Below are positions 7,947 to 16,247 of a stretch of 32,000 bases of DNA, piece after piece. Numbering within the stretch: the stretch's first letter is position 1; each line of letters begins with the position of its first letter. Source of the DNA: an uncultured Erysipelotrichaceae bacterium (GTDB taxonomy: Bacteria; Bacillota_I; Bacilli_A; Erysipelotrichales; Erysipelotrichaceae); assembly GCA_964401865.1 (NCBI GenBank), contig CAYNZZ010000007.1, forward strand, positions 35,162-67,161, written 5' to 3'. Made by a program: the position numbers and the translations under genes. The notes beneath the pieces were generated by a model, which did no database searches, was not told where the DNA came from, and worked only from the letters and a program-made list of their open reading frames with translations.

Positions 7947-8906
7947 ATGAAATATGTTGATATGCATTCGGATACCATTACTAAATTGCTCAGAAAAGAA
8001 GATAATGGTGAAAGTTCATCGCTTTTAAGTAATAATCTGCACATTGATATTACAAAGTTGAAAAAGAGTGGATACTTAATTCAGAATTTTGCGATTTTTA
8101 CTCCCGTCAATTATGAAGAAAAGCCTCAACATTTTGCTCTTAGGGCCATTGATAAATTTTATCGTGAGATAGATGCTAATAGAGGCGATATTCAAGTGAT
8201 AAGAAAGTATGAAGATATTGCTAAAGACAAAATCAATGCATTATTGACCATCGAAGATATTTCTATTATTTATGATGATTTGGCATTGCTTAGAATTTTA
8301 TATCGATTAGGAGTTAGAATGGTTGGTTTAACTTGGAATTTCAAAACGAGCGTCGGCTATCCCAATATTGATATGAGCAATGGCTCAAGAGTAGATATTA
8401 GACATACAGATAAGGTAAACGGCTTAACTGATTTTGGAAAAGAAATTGTTAAGGAGTGTGAGAGATTGGGCATAATTGTCGATGTTTCACATTTATCTGA
8501 TAAAGGGTTTTGGGATGTTTATGATTTAAGTGCCAAACCTTTTGTGGCATCACATTCAAATGCTAGGATGATATGCGATGTTGCCAGAAATCTCGACGAT
8601 GAGATGATAAAAGCACTTCATTATAAAGGTGGAGTTATGGGCATAAATTTCTGCAAGGACTTTATATCTGATAGCGGAAGTGTTAAAGATATTATAAGAC
8701 ATATCGATCATATCAAGGAAGTAGCGGGCATTGATGTCATTGGTTTAGGTAGTGATTTTGATGGCATTGAAGATAGAGATGATTTAAAAGATGCGTCGTG
8801 TTTAAATGAATTGAGCAGTGCATTATACGAACATGGATATAAAAACGAAGAAATCGAAAAAATGATGTATGGCAATGTATTGCGTGTCTATAAAGATATT
8901 CTTTGA
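7947..8906 (+). CDS. Membrane-dipeptidase family (M19) dipeptidase
   Basis: M19 motifs are present: MKYVDMHSDT (HxD), VDVSHLS, ASHSNAR and GLGSDFDG. The track ORF begins at 7890 inside telA. The in-frame ATG at 7947 gives the canonical N-terminus, although no obvious Shine-Dalgarno precedes it. Confidence 0.85.
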   Translation: MKYVDMHSDTITKLLRKEDNGESSSLLSNNLHIDITKLKKSGYLIQNFAIFTPVNYEEKPQHFALRAIDKFYREIDANRGDIQVIRKYEDIAKDKINALLTIEDISIIYDDLALLRILYRLGVRMVGLTWNFKTSVGYPNIDMSNGSRVDIRHTDKVNGLTDFGKEIVKECERLGIIVDVSHLSDKGFWDVYDLSAKPFVASHSNARMICDVARNLDDEMIKALHYKGGVMGINFCKDFISDSGSVKDIIRHIDHIKEVAGIDVIGLGSDFDGIEDRDDLKDASCLNELSSALYEHGYKNEEIEKMMYGNVLRVYKDIL

Positions 8907-8937
8907 TATAATGAACAGGCAAAGGAGTTTTTACAAT

Positions 8938-9582
8938 ATGATAGAGGGCATAATATTTGATTTAGATGGAACATTAATTGATACCATCGGCGATATCGGC
9001 AATAGTGCAAATTCGGTGCTTGAAGATTATGGCTATCCTATCCATAGCATTGAAGAGTACAAATTAATGGTTGGGCATGGTTTTATGAACCTAATTAAAA
9101 AGGCTATGCCAAGTGGTTTGAATGATGATGTATACGAAGAAGCATTATCGAAATTCAGATACTATTATGATCAGTTATATATGGATACTACTCACCCTTA
9201 TGATGGAATAGAAAATCTTTTAGTTGAGCTTCAAAATAAAGGGATTAAATTGGCAGTTAATTCTAATAAACAAGATGATTATACAAAAAGTTTAATTGAA
9301 CATTGTTTTGAAAATATTGATTTTGTGGCAGTTATCGGTTCAAGAGAAGGTGTGCCAAATAAACCTGATCCTACTACTGCTCTTGAAATCGTTGACATAA
9401 TGGGTTTGACTAAGGATAAGGTGCTTTATGTCGGTGATAGTGAAACAGATATTATGACCGGCAAGAATGCCGATTTAAAGACCATTGGCGTATCTTGGGG
9501 TTTTAGGAGTATTGAAGTTTTAAAAGAAGTAAATGCTGATGTAATTATTGATAGTGCCGAAGAACTTATTAGATATCTGTAA
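8938..9582 (+). CDS. HAD-superfamily hydrolase (phosphoglycolate phosphatase/PpaX-like)
   Basis: Motif I is IIFDLDGTLIDT, motif II is VNSNK, motif III is KPDP and motif IV is VGDSETDIMTGKNA. I chose the start at 8938 (AAAGGAG Shine-Dalgarno), not the track start at 8869. Confidence 0.85.
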   Translation: MIEGIIFDLDGTLIDTIGDIGNSANSVLEDYGYPIHSIEEYKLMVGHGFMNLIKKAMPSGLNDDVYEEALSKFRYYYDQLYMDTTHPYDGIENLLVELQNKGIKLAVNSNKQDDYTKSLIEHCFENIDFVAVIGSREGVPNKPDPTTALEIVDIMGLTKDKVLYVGDSETDIMTGKNADLKTIGVSWGFRSIEVLKEVNADVIIDSAEELIRYL

Positions 9583-9605
9583 TACTTACAAAATTATGTA
9601 AAATC

Positions 9606-9640
9606 AAAATATCAGTTTAATTATGAACTGATATTTTTTA
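9606..9640 (+). terminator. Rho-independent terminator after the HAD gene
   Basis: AAAATATCAGTT-(8 nt)-AACTGATATTTT forms a perfect 12-bp stem that runs into a T tract. Confidence 0.75.
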
Positions 9641-9671
9641 ATGTGGCGATTATGCTTTAAAATGGCATAGT

Positions 9672-9686
9672 ATGAAAACGATTTCA
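9672..9686 (+). promoter_or_regulatory. cre (CcpA catabolite-responsive element) candidate 1
   Basis: ATGAAAACGATTTCA fits WTGNAANCGNWNNCW at every constrained position. Confidence 0.55.
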
Positions 9687-9704
9687 AAATATCTGGTGAT
9701 AACA

Positions 9705-9719
9705 TTGAAAGCGATTTCT
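9705..9719 (+). promoter_or_regulatory. cre candidate 2, overlapping the -35 of the mgl promoter
   Basis: TTGAAAGCGATTTCT fits WTGNAANCGNWNNCW. It is a near-direct repeat of candidate 1, starting 33 nt downstream. Confidence 0.55.
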
Positions 9720-9733
9720 TTTTATTGTATTAT
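9705..9733 (+). promoter_or_regulatory. Putative sigma-A promoter of the mgl-type operon
   Basis: TTGAAA (9705..9710), a 17-nt spacer, then TATTAT (9728..9733), about 30 nt upstream of the SBP start. Confidence 0.45.
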
Positions 9734-9764
9734 GTAGTTGGATGAAAATCCGAAGGAGAAGAAA

Positions 9765-11036
9765 ATGAAAAAAATATTAGCTTTGGCTATGGCTGTGTTT
9801 ATGGTTTTCGGACTCGCAGCTTGTAGCAATAACAGCACTCCAAACAATGGTGGCAACACTAATGGTGGAGAAACTGTTAAAAATGCTGAAAAACCATTGG
9901 TTTGGTTTAACCGTCAACCTTCAAATAGTTCAACTGGTGAACTAGATATGAATGCCCTAACTTTCAATGACGATACTTATTATGTAGGTTTCGACGCTAA
10001 CCAAGGTGCTGAACTACAAGGTCAAATGATTAAAGATTACATTGAAGCAAATATCGAAACATTAGATCGTAATGGCGATGGTGTTATCGGTTATGTATTA
10101 GCGATCGGTGATATTGGACATAATGACTCAATCGCTCGTACAAGAGGTGTTCGTAAAGCTTTAGGTACTGCTGTTGAAAACAACGGTGAAGTTGTAAGTG
10201 ATCCAGTTGGCATCAATGTTGATGGAAGTGCTACTGCTGTTCAAGATGGTACATTAGAAATCAATGGTAAAACATATACTGTAAGAGAACTTGCTTCTCA
10301 AGAAATGAAGAATACTTCAGGTGCTACTTGGGACGCTTCTACTGCTGGTAATACGATCGGTACATGGACAGCTTCATTCGGTGATCAAATCGATATCGTA
10401 GCTTCTAATAACGATGGTATGGGTATGTCAATGTTCAATGCTTGGTCAAAAGAAAATAAAGTTCCTACATTCGGTTACGATGCTAACTCTGATGCAGTAG
10501 CTGCAATCGCTGAAGGATATGGTGGAACTATTTCTCAACACGCTGATGTTCAAGCTTACTTAACACTTCGTGTATTGCGTAACGCTCTTGATGGTGTTGA
10601 TGTAGATACAGGTATTGGTACACCAGATGATGCTGGTAACGTATTATCTTCTGAAGATTACAAATATGATGCTACTAGCCGTTCATACTATGCATTGAAC
10701 CTAGCTGTTACATCTGAAAACTATCAAGATTTCTTAGATTCAACAGTTCCTTACGCTCCAGTTGCTAACCAATTAAGCGAAGAAGCTCATGCTAAGAAAA
10801 ATGTATGGTTAAATATCTATAATGCTTCAGATAACTTCTTAAGTTCAACTTATCAACCACTTCTTCAAAAATACGATGATCTTTTAAACTTAAATGTTGA
10901 ATACATCGGTGGAGATGGACAAACAGAATCTAATATTACTAACCGTCTTGCAAATCCTGACCAATATGATGCATTCGCAATCAATATGGTTAAGACAGAC
11001 AATGCGGCTTCTTACATGGCATTACTTGGCCAATAA
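9765..11036 (+). CDS. mglB: Galactose/glucose-type ABC transporter substrate-binding lipoprotein, permuted (MglB-2-like) topology
   Basis: I placed the start at 9765 (MKKILALAMAVFMVFGLAAC), which gives a lipobox GLAAC and an AAGGAGAAG Shine-Dalgarno. An N/G/T-rich linker follows. The body has clear MglB blocks (YYVGFDANQGAELQG, DRNGDGVIGYVLAIGDIGHNDSIARTRG, IVASNNDGMGMS), but the block equivalent to the MglB N-terminus (IYNASDNFLSS...AFAINMVKTDNAAS) is at the C-terminus. Confidence 0.85.
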   Translation: MKKILALAMAVFMVFGLAACSNNSTPNNGGNTNGGETVKNAEKPLVWFNRQPSNSSTGELDMNALTFNDDTYYVGFDANQGAELQGQMIKDYIEANIETLDRNGDGVIGYVLAIGDIGHNDSIARTRGVRKALGTAVENNGEVVSDPVGINVDGSATAVQDGTLEINGKTYTVRELASQEMKNTSGATWDASTAGNTIGTWTASFGDQIDIVASNNDGMGMSMFNAWSKENKVPTFGYDANSDAVAAIAEGYGGTISQHADVQAYLTLRVLRNALDGVDVDTGIGTPDDAGNVLSSEDYKYDATSRSYYALNLAVTSENYQDFLDSTVPYAPVANQLSEEAHAKKNVWLNIYNASDNFLSSTYQPLLQKYDDLLNLNVEYIGGDGQTESNITNRLANPDQYDAFAINMVKTDNAASYMALLGQ

Positions 11037-11063
11037 TTAGTATTAAATAATACAAGTAAAAAT

Positions 11064-11091
11064 TATTAGGGAGGAGTAATTCTCCCTAATA
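11064..11091 (+). other. Intercistronic stem-loop between the SBP and ATPase genes
   Basis: TATTAGGGAG-(8 nt)-CTCCCTAATA forms a 10-bp stem with no clean T tract after it. This is typical of the mRNA-stabilising or attenuating hairpins that follow SBP genes in ABC operons. Confidence 0.5.
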
Positions 11092-11122
11092 TTATTATTA
11101 GAGCATAAACGGGAGAAAACTT

Positions 11123-12631
11123 ATGGCAGATAAGAAAGATGAAATTGTCTTATCAATACGTGGAATGAGTAAATCATTTGGTCGTAACCGTGTTTTGGAT
11201 CACATTGATTTAGATGTGAAAGCCGGAACGGTTATGGGCCTTATGGGTGAAAATGGTGCCGGTAAGTCCACTATGATGAAATGTCTTTTTGGTACATATC
11301 AAAAGGATGAAGGTAAGGTTTATTTAGATGGCAAAGAGATTAATTTCTCTGGCCCTAAAGATGCGCTTGAAAATGGTATTGCGATGGTGCATCAGGAATT
11401 AAATCAATGCCTTGAAAGAAATGTCATGGACAACTTATTCTTAGGTCGTTATCCAACTAATTCAATGGGCGTAATTGATGAAGATCGAATGAAAAAGAAG
11501 TCATCTGAGTTATTTAGAAAGCTTGGTATGACTGTCAATTTAACACAACCGATGCGCAATATGTCAGTATCACAAAGACAGATGTGTGAAATCGCAAGAG
11601 CAATTTCTTATAATTCTAAGGTAATTGTATTGGATGAGCCTACCTCTTCTTTAACAGTGCAAGAAGTTGATAAATTATTCAAAATGATGCGCATGCTTAA
11701 AGAACAGGGTATTGCTCTTATCTACATTTCTCATAAGATGGATGAAATATTTGATATTTGTGATGAAGTATCAGTGTTGAGAGATGGTAAGATGGTAATG
11801 ACAAAAGCTACCAAAGAAACTAATATGAATGAATTAATTGCCGCAATGGTTGGTCGTTCATTGGAAAATCGTTTTCCACCTGTTGATAATATACCTGGTG
11901 AACCTATTCTTTCAATTCAACATCTTTCAACTAAGTTTGAACCGCATTTGCAAGATATCTCTTTTGATGTTAAAAAAGGTGAAATCTTTGGTTTGTATGG
12001 ACTAGTGGGAGCTGGAAGAACAGAGTTACTAGAAACTATCTTCGGTGTTAGAACTAGAGCTTCAGGAAGAGTTTATTTTAACAATAAACTAATGAATTTC
12101 AATAGTGCTAAAGAGGCGATCGAACATGGCTTTGCGATGATTACTGAAGAGCGCAAGGCTGATGGTTTATTCTTGAAATGTGATTTGACTTTTAATACTA
12201 CTATTGCAAATCTACCTCAATATAAGGATGGTTTTGCACTTTCTGATCAAAAGATGGTTAAAGCGACACAAAAAGAAATCAATATCATGAGAACTAAATG
12301 TATGGGTCCAAATGATGCGATTACTAGTTTATCCGGTGGTAACCAGCAAAAGGTTATTTTTGGTAAATGGCTAGAAAGATCGCCACAAGTATTCATGATG
12401 GATGAACCTACAAGAGGCATTGATGTAGGTGCGAAATATGAAATCTATGAATTAATCATCAAGATGGCAAAGCAGGGTAAAACAATTATTATTGTTTCAT
12501 CGGAAATGCCGGAAATACTAGGATTGACTAATCGTGTTGGTGTTATGTCTAATGGACGTCTAGCAGGAATTGTCAATACTAAAGAAACTAATCAGGAAGA
12601 GCTATTAAGACTCAGTGCAAAATACCTATAA
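11123..12631 (+). CDS. mglA: Sugar ABC transporter ATP-binding protein (MglA/RbsA-type, duplicated ABC domains)
   Basis: 502 aa. Walker A is GENGAGKST. The first signature is VSQRQMCEIARA and Walker B is VLDEPTSSL. The second half has GLVGAGRTE, LSGGNQQK and MMDEPTRGID. Confidence 0.92.
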   Translation: MADKKDEIVLSIRGMSKSFGRNRVLDHIDLDVKAGTVMGLMGENGAGKSTMMKCLFGTYQKDEGKVYLDGKEINFSGPKDALENGIAMVHQELNQCLERNVMDNLFLGRYPTNSMGVIDEDRMKKKSSELFRKLGMTVNLTQPMRNMSVSQRQMCEIARAISYNSKVIVLDEPTSSLTVQEVDKLFKMMRMLKEQGIALIYISHKMDEIFDICDEVSVLRDGKMVMTKATKETNMNELIAAMVGRSLENRFPPVDNIPGEPILSIQHLSTKFEPHLQDISFDVKKGEIFGLYGLVGAGRTELLETIFGVRTRASGRVYFNNKLMNFNSAKEAIEHGFAMITEERKADGLFLKCDLTFNTTIANLPQYKDGFALSDQKMVKATQKEINIMRTKCMGPNDAITSLSGGNQQKVIFGKWLERSPQVFMMDEPTRGIDVGAKYEIYELIIKMAKQGKTIIIVSSEMPEILGLTNRVGVMSNGRLAGIVNTKETNQEELLRLSAKYL

Positions 12632-12644
12632 AAGGAGATAGATT

Positions 12645-14303
12645 ATGACAAATAAAGTTTCAAAAATTCTTTCTTATGAAGAGGAATTAGCTCTTCGCCA
12701 ACCAATTGAAGAGCATATCAGTAAAATTCAGGCAGTTATTGATGATTTAAGATTCAATGGTACCCATAAAGTAATTGAGTATTCAGAAGAAATCGACACC
12801 GTCAAAAGAGATAAAATCTATTCTGCAGAAGAAAAAGCAAGTCGTTTAAAAGAACTGAGCGCAGAATTAGAAAAAGCTAAAGCAGTTGAAACAGCTAATA
12901 AAAAAGCAATAAATGATAAAATAGCTGAAGCAGAAAAGTATTTAAGTGAACATTTTAATAGAGATTACTATGATGCAGTAGTTCAAAGCTGTAAATTAGA
13001 GGCTCAAGAAGCTAAGAAGATCTATGATGATAAGCTAAAAGAGTTAGCTGATGAACATCAAAAATTATTGGCCGCTGCTCATAACGAACAGGAGAAGAAA
13101 GAAGAGAAATATATCTATAAAAATCGCTTGTTCGATGCCAAACTTAAATATCAGAAAAATTTGCAAGATATTAAGGATAAAAAGCACAATGCATTCTCTT
13201 ACAAATATCATCTATTAGATTTGCTAAGAATGTCTAGTTTTACATTTGCAGAGAATTTTGCCAAGAGAATTGAAAACTATCAATATACGTTCAATAGTCG
13301 TGATTTCTTGTTGAAAAACGGTTTGTATATCGCAATCATTATTGTGTTTATTGGCTTGTGTATTATTACACCGCTCGTTAAGAATGGTTTGCAATTATTG
13401 ACTATCAACAATATTTTAAATATTCTTCAACAAGCTTCACCAAGAATGTTTTTAGCACTAGGCGTTGCTGGACTAATCATGTTGGCAGGTACTGATTTAT
13501 CGGTAGGTCGTATGGTTGGTATGGGTATGACTACTGCAACAATCATTATGCACCAAGGTCCGAACACTGGTGGAGTATTCGGTCACATTTTTGATTTCAG
13601 TGGTCTGCCTGTAATCGTTAGAGTGCTATTCGCATTACTTGTATGTATTGTTTTGTGTACATTCTTCACTTCAATTGCCGGTTTCTTTACAGCTAAATTT
13701 AAGATGCATCCATTTATTGCTACAATGGCAAATATGTTAGTTATCTTTGGATTGGTGTCTTATTCAACTAAAGGTGTATCTTTTGGTGCCATTGATCCAT
13801 CAATCCCAGGTATGATTATTCCTAAGGTTAATGGTTTTCCAACAATTATTTTGTGGGCTTTAGCTGCTGTAATTGTGGTATGGTTTATTTGGAATAAAAC
13901 TAAATTTGGTAAGAATTTATACGCTGTCGGTGGAAACCCAGAAGCTGCATCAGTATCGGGAATTTCAGTATTTAAAGTAACTATTGGCGCATTCATTATG
14001 GCTGGCATTCTTTATGGATTTGGTTCTTGGTTAGAATGTATTAGAATGGTTGGTTCTGGATCTGTTGCCTATGGTCAAGGTTGGGAAATGGATGCTATTG
14101 CTGCTTGTGTAGTTGGTGGTGTATCATTTACTGGCGGTATCGGTAAGATTTCCGGAGTAGTAGTTGGTGTATTTATTTTCACGGCTCTTACATATTCTTT
14201 GACAATCTTAGGTATTGATACTAACTTGCAGTTCGTGTTCTCTGGAATCATAATTCTTGTCGCTGTAACACTAGACTGCTTGAAATATGTTCGTAAGAAA
14301 TAG
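12645..14303 (+). CDS. mglC: Sugar ABC transporter permease (MglC/RbsC-type) with a ~215-225 aa N-terminal charged coiled-coil extension
   Basis: 552 aa. From about residue 215 (nt ~13290 onward) it aligns with my memory of E. coli MglC: LLKNGLYIAIIIVF..., ILNILQQASPRMFLALGVAGLIMLAGTDLSVGR, and NLYAVGGNPEAASVSGI. Residues 1 to about 215 are K/E-rich, have no TM segment and look heptad-like. An AAAGGAG Shine-Dalgarno precedes the ATG at 12645. Confidence 0.85.
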   Translation: MTNKVSKILSYEEELALRQPIEEHISKIQAVIDDLRFNGTHKVIEYSEEIDTVKRDKIYSAEEKASRLKELSAELEKAKAVETANKKAINDKIAEAEKYLSEHFNRDYYDAVVQSCKLEAQEAKKIYDDKLKELADEHQKLLAAAHNEQEKKEEKYIYKNRLFDAKLKYQKNLQDIKDKKHNAFSYKYHLLDLLRMSSFTFAENFAKRIENYQYTFNSRDFLLKNGLYIAIIIVFIGLCIITPLVKNGLQLLTINNILNILQQASPRMFLALGVAGLIMLAGTDLSVGRMVGMGMTTATIIMHQGPNTGGVFGHIFDFSGLPVIVRVLFALLVCIVLCTFFTSIAGFFTAKFKMHPFIATMANMLVIFGLVSYSTKGVSFGAIDPSIPGMIIPKVNGFPTIILWALAAVIVVWFIWNKTKFGKNLYAVGGNPEAASVSGISVFKVTIGAFIMAGILYGFGSWLECIRMVGSGSVAYGQGWEMDAIAACVVGGVSFTGGIGKISGVVVGVFIFTALTYSLTILGIDTNLQFVFSGIIILVAVTLDCLKYVRKK

Positions 14304-14322
14304 TTAAAAGGTTTTGATTATA

Positions 14323-14360
14323 AAGGAAGATATTTTGCATTATATCTTCCTTGTTAATTT
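14323..14360 (+). terminator. Rho-independent terminator after the mgl operon
   Basis: AAGGAAGATA-(loop)-TATCTTCCTT forms a 10-11 bp stem, followed by GTTAATTT. Confidence 0.7.
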
Positions 14361-14399
14361 AGCCAAAACCTAATATTTAAATAATTTAAGCCATAAAAT

Positions 14400-14879
14400 A
14401 TGAAAAATGCCTTTAAAAGAAATTTATTAATCGTTGTTGTGACAATTATCGCTATAACGATAGTATCTTTTGTTTATTACAGTGACAAACCAATGATAGA
14501 AGAAAACTCTAACGCAAGAGTAACATTGATTAGTGTTGATTATAAAGATGATCAAGAGAATGCTGAACGGAAAAAGTTAGATTTATCAAGTGAAGAAATA
14601 TCCGATGAATTAAATGATGAACTTATATCTGTTTTTAAGAATACAAGAATTAGAAATAGAATTCTACCACATTCAAAAATACATATTATAGAAGATGGTG
14701 ATACTCATATTACAGTTAAGTTATCGCTAGGAAATAACAAAACAGCATTTATATATGTATGTAATAAACAAGAATGTACCTCTGCTCAAATTGGAGATAA
14801 AGATTATTATATTATAAATTCAAATGATTTATTTGAAGAAATTTCTCGTTTGATATTTACTGAATTTCCTCGACACTAA
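14400..14879 (+). CDS. Hypothetical membrane-anchored protein (single N-terminal TM)
   Basis: 159 aa. The basic N-terminus is followed by LLIVVVTIIAITIVSFVYY, then a soluble domain with no motif I recognise. There is no clear Shine-Dalgarno. The gene is bracketed by terminators. Confidence 0.4.
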   Translation: MKNAFKRNLLIVVVTIIAITIVSFVYYSDKPMIEENSNARVTLISVDYKDDQENAERKKLDLSSEEISDELNDELISVFKNTRIRNRILPHSKIHIIEDGDTHITVKLSLGNNKTAFIYVCNKQECTSAQIGDKDYYIINSNDLFEEISRLIFTEFPRH

Positions 14880-14975
14880 TCTAATATATATTCAAAGATA
14901 ACATAAATAAGAAGATGTATAGGTGAATAGAATTAATTCGTCAAAAACATCTTCTTTTTAAATCGTAGTCTATCA

Positions 14976-15002
14976 AATTAAAAGAGGATGATTTAATCAT
15001 CC
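14976..15002 (-). terminator. Rho-independent terminator of the PLC-like/MFS operon
   Basis: The minus strand reads GGATGAT-TAA-ATCATCC followed by TCTTTTAATTT, about 10 nt after the MFS stop codon. Confidence 0.65.
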
Positions 15003-15011
15003 AACTCTATT

Positions 15012-16247
15012 TTATTGTTCAATGCGTGTCGTCTTGTAGAAGAAGAATATTCCAAGTAAGAACATAAAGGCAATAGCGCCGACACCTAAGTTCATACTGT
15101 TAGTTAATTGAGATACAAAAGAAACTACAAATGTGCCTAAGAAAGCTGCTCCCTTACCACAAATATCATAGATTCCAAAGTATTCGCCACTTTTTTCAGG
15201 TGGGATTAAGCGTCCAAAATATGAACGAGATAATGATTGAATAGCTCCCTGGAATAGCCCAACACAAACCGCCAAAATCCAGAACTGATATTGTTCATAC
15301 AGGAAGATTGCATATATTGCGATACCTAAGTAAGCAAAGATACAAATGAATATTAACTTGTGATTGGCAATTTTCTGTGACATCTTCCCAAAAGCGATAG
15401 CCGAAGGGAAGGCGACGATTTGAGTTACAAGCAATGCTAATAGAAGACTGGAACTGCTAAATCCTAAAGCTGTGCCATAGGCAGTCGCCATATCAATAAT
15501 TGTATAGACACCATCGATATAAAAGAAGAAAGCAATGAGGAATAAAAGAACTTTTTTATTTTCTTTTAATTCATTAAAAATATTCGCAAGTCTTTTCCAT
15601 GTGTTTTTAGCACTGTGTTTGTCGACATCTATATAGTGAACTTGTTTATAAGCTTTTAGTAATGGAATAGTTAATCCCAACCACCATATTGCCGTTAAAG
15701 CGAAAGCTAATATCATAGCTAATGACAGAGAGATGCCGATCTTATCATATAGAAGTATAAGAACAAGACAAAGAATAAATGGAATACATGAACCTATATA
15801 TCCCCACGCATAACCTTCAGAAGATACGACATCCATTCTCTCTGCAGTTGTAATATCAGGCAACATAGCATCATAGAATACCAGACTTAATGAATAAGCG
15901 GATTTCGTGATGATAAATAGCAACAAGAACCATAACCATGATTGCAAGAATCCCAGAGTAATACATCCAATCGCACCAATGATAATAGAAGCTAAAAATA
16001 GTTTTATCTTCTTACCTTTGCCATCAGATATTGTGCCTAAGACAGGGCCTAAGAAGGCAACGATTAAAGTGGCGATGGAAGTTGCATAGCCCCAATAAGC
16101 CAAATAGTCAACTTCATTAATGTTGGCACCGGTGGCGATTGCACCAAAATAAATAGGCATTATGGTGGTCACTAAAAGTGTAAATGCAGAGTTAGCGACA
16201 TCGTAGAGTACCCATTTTTTCTCTAATGACGTCATTTTAAATTTCAT
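15012..16247 (-). CDS. MFS transporter, UMF1 (Atg22-like) family
   Basis: 411 aa with about 12 TM helices. The N-terminus EKKWVLYDVANSAFTLLVTTIMPIYF matches the UMF1 pattern (YDxANSA) as I remember it. A GAGGAG Shine-Dalgarno is present. The start overlaps the upstream gene by 11 nt. Confidence 0.85.
   Translation of the reverse strand: MKFKMTSLEKKWVLYDVANSAFTLLVTTIMPIYFGAIATGANINEVDYLAYWGYATSIATLIVAFLGPVLGTISDGKGKKIKLFLASIIIGAIGCITLGFLQSWLWFLLLFIITKSAYSLSLVFYDAMLPDITTAERMDVVSSEGYAWGYIGSCIPFILCLVLILLYDKIGISLSLAMILAFALTAIWWLGLTIPLLKAYKQVHYIDVDKHSAKNTWKRLANIFNELKENKKVLLFLIAFFFYIDGVYTIIDMATAYGTALGFSSSSLLLALLVTQIVAFPSAIAFGKMSQKIANHKLIFICIFAYLGIAIYAIFLYEQYQFWILAVCVGLFQGAIQSLSRSYFGRLIPPEKSGEYFGIYDICGKGAAFLGTFVVSFVSQLTNSMNLGVGAIAFMFLLGIFFFYKTTRIEQ

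Noticed and set aside
8483-9447. parS sites for the ParB encoded in this window. I found only half-sites: TGTTTCAC at 8483..8490 and GTGAAACA at 9440..9447.
   Set aside because: Neither half-site has the palindromic partner needed for the 16-bp TGTTNCACGTGAAACA consensus. I did not spot a full parS by eye anywhere in the window; a computational scan allowing up to 2 mismatches would be decisive.
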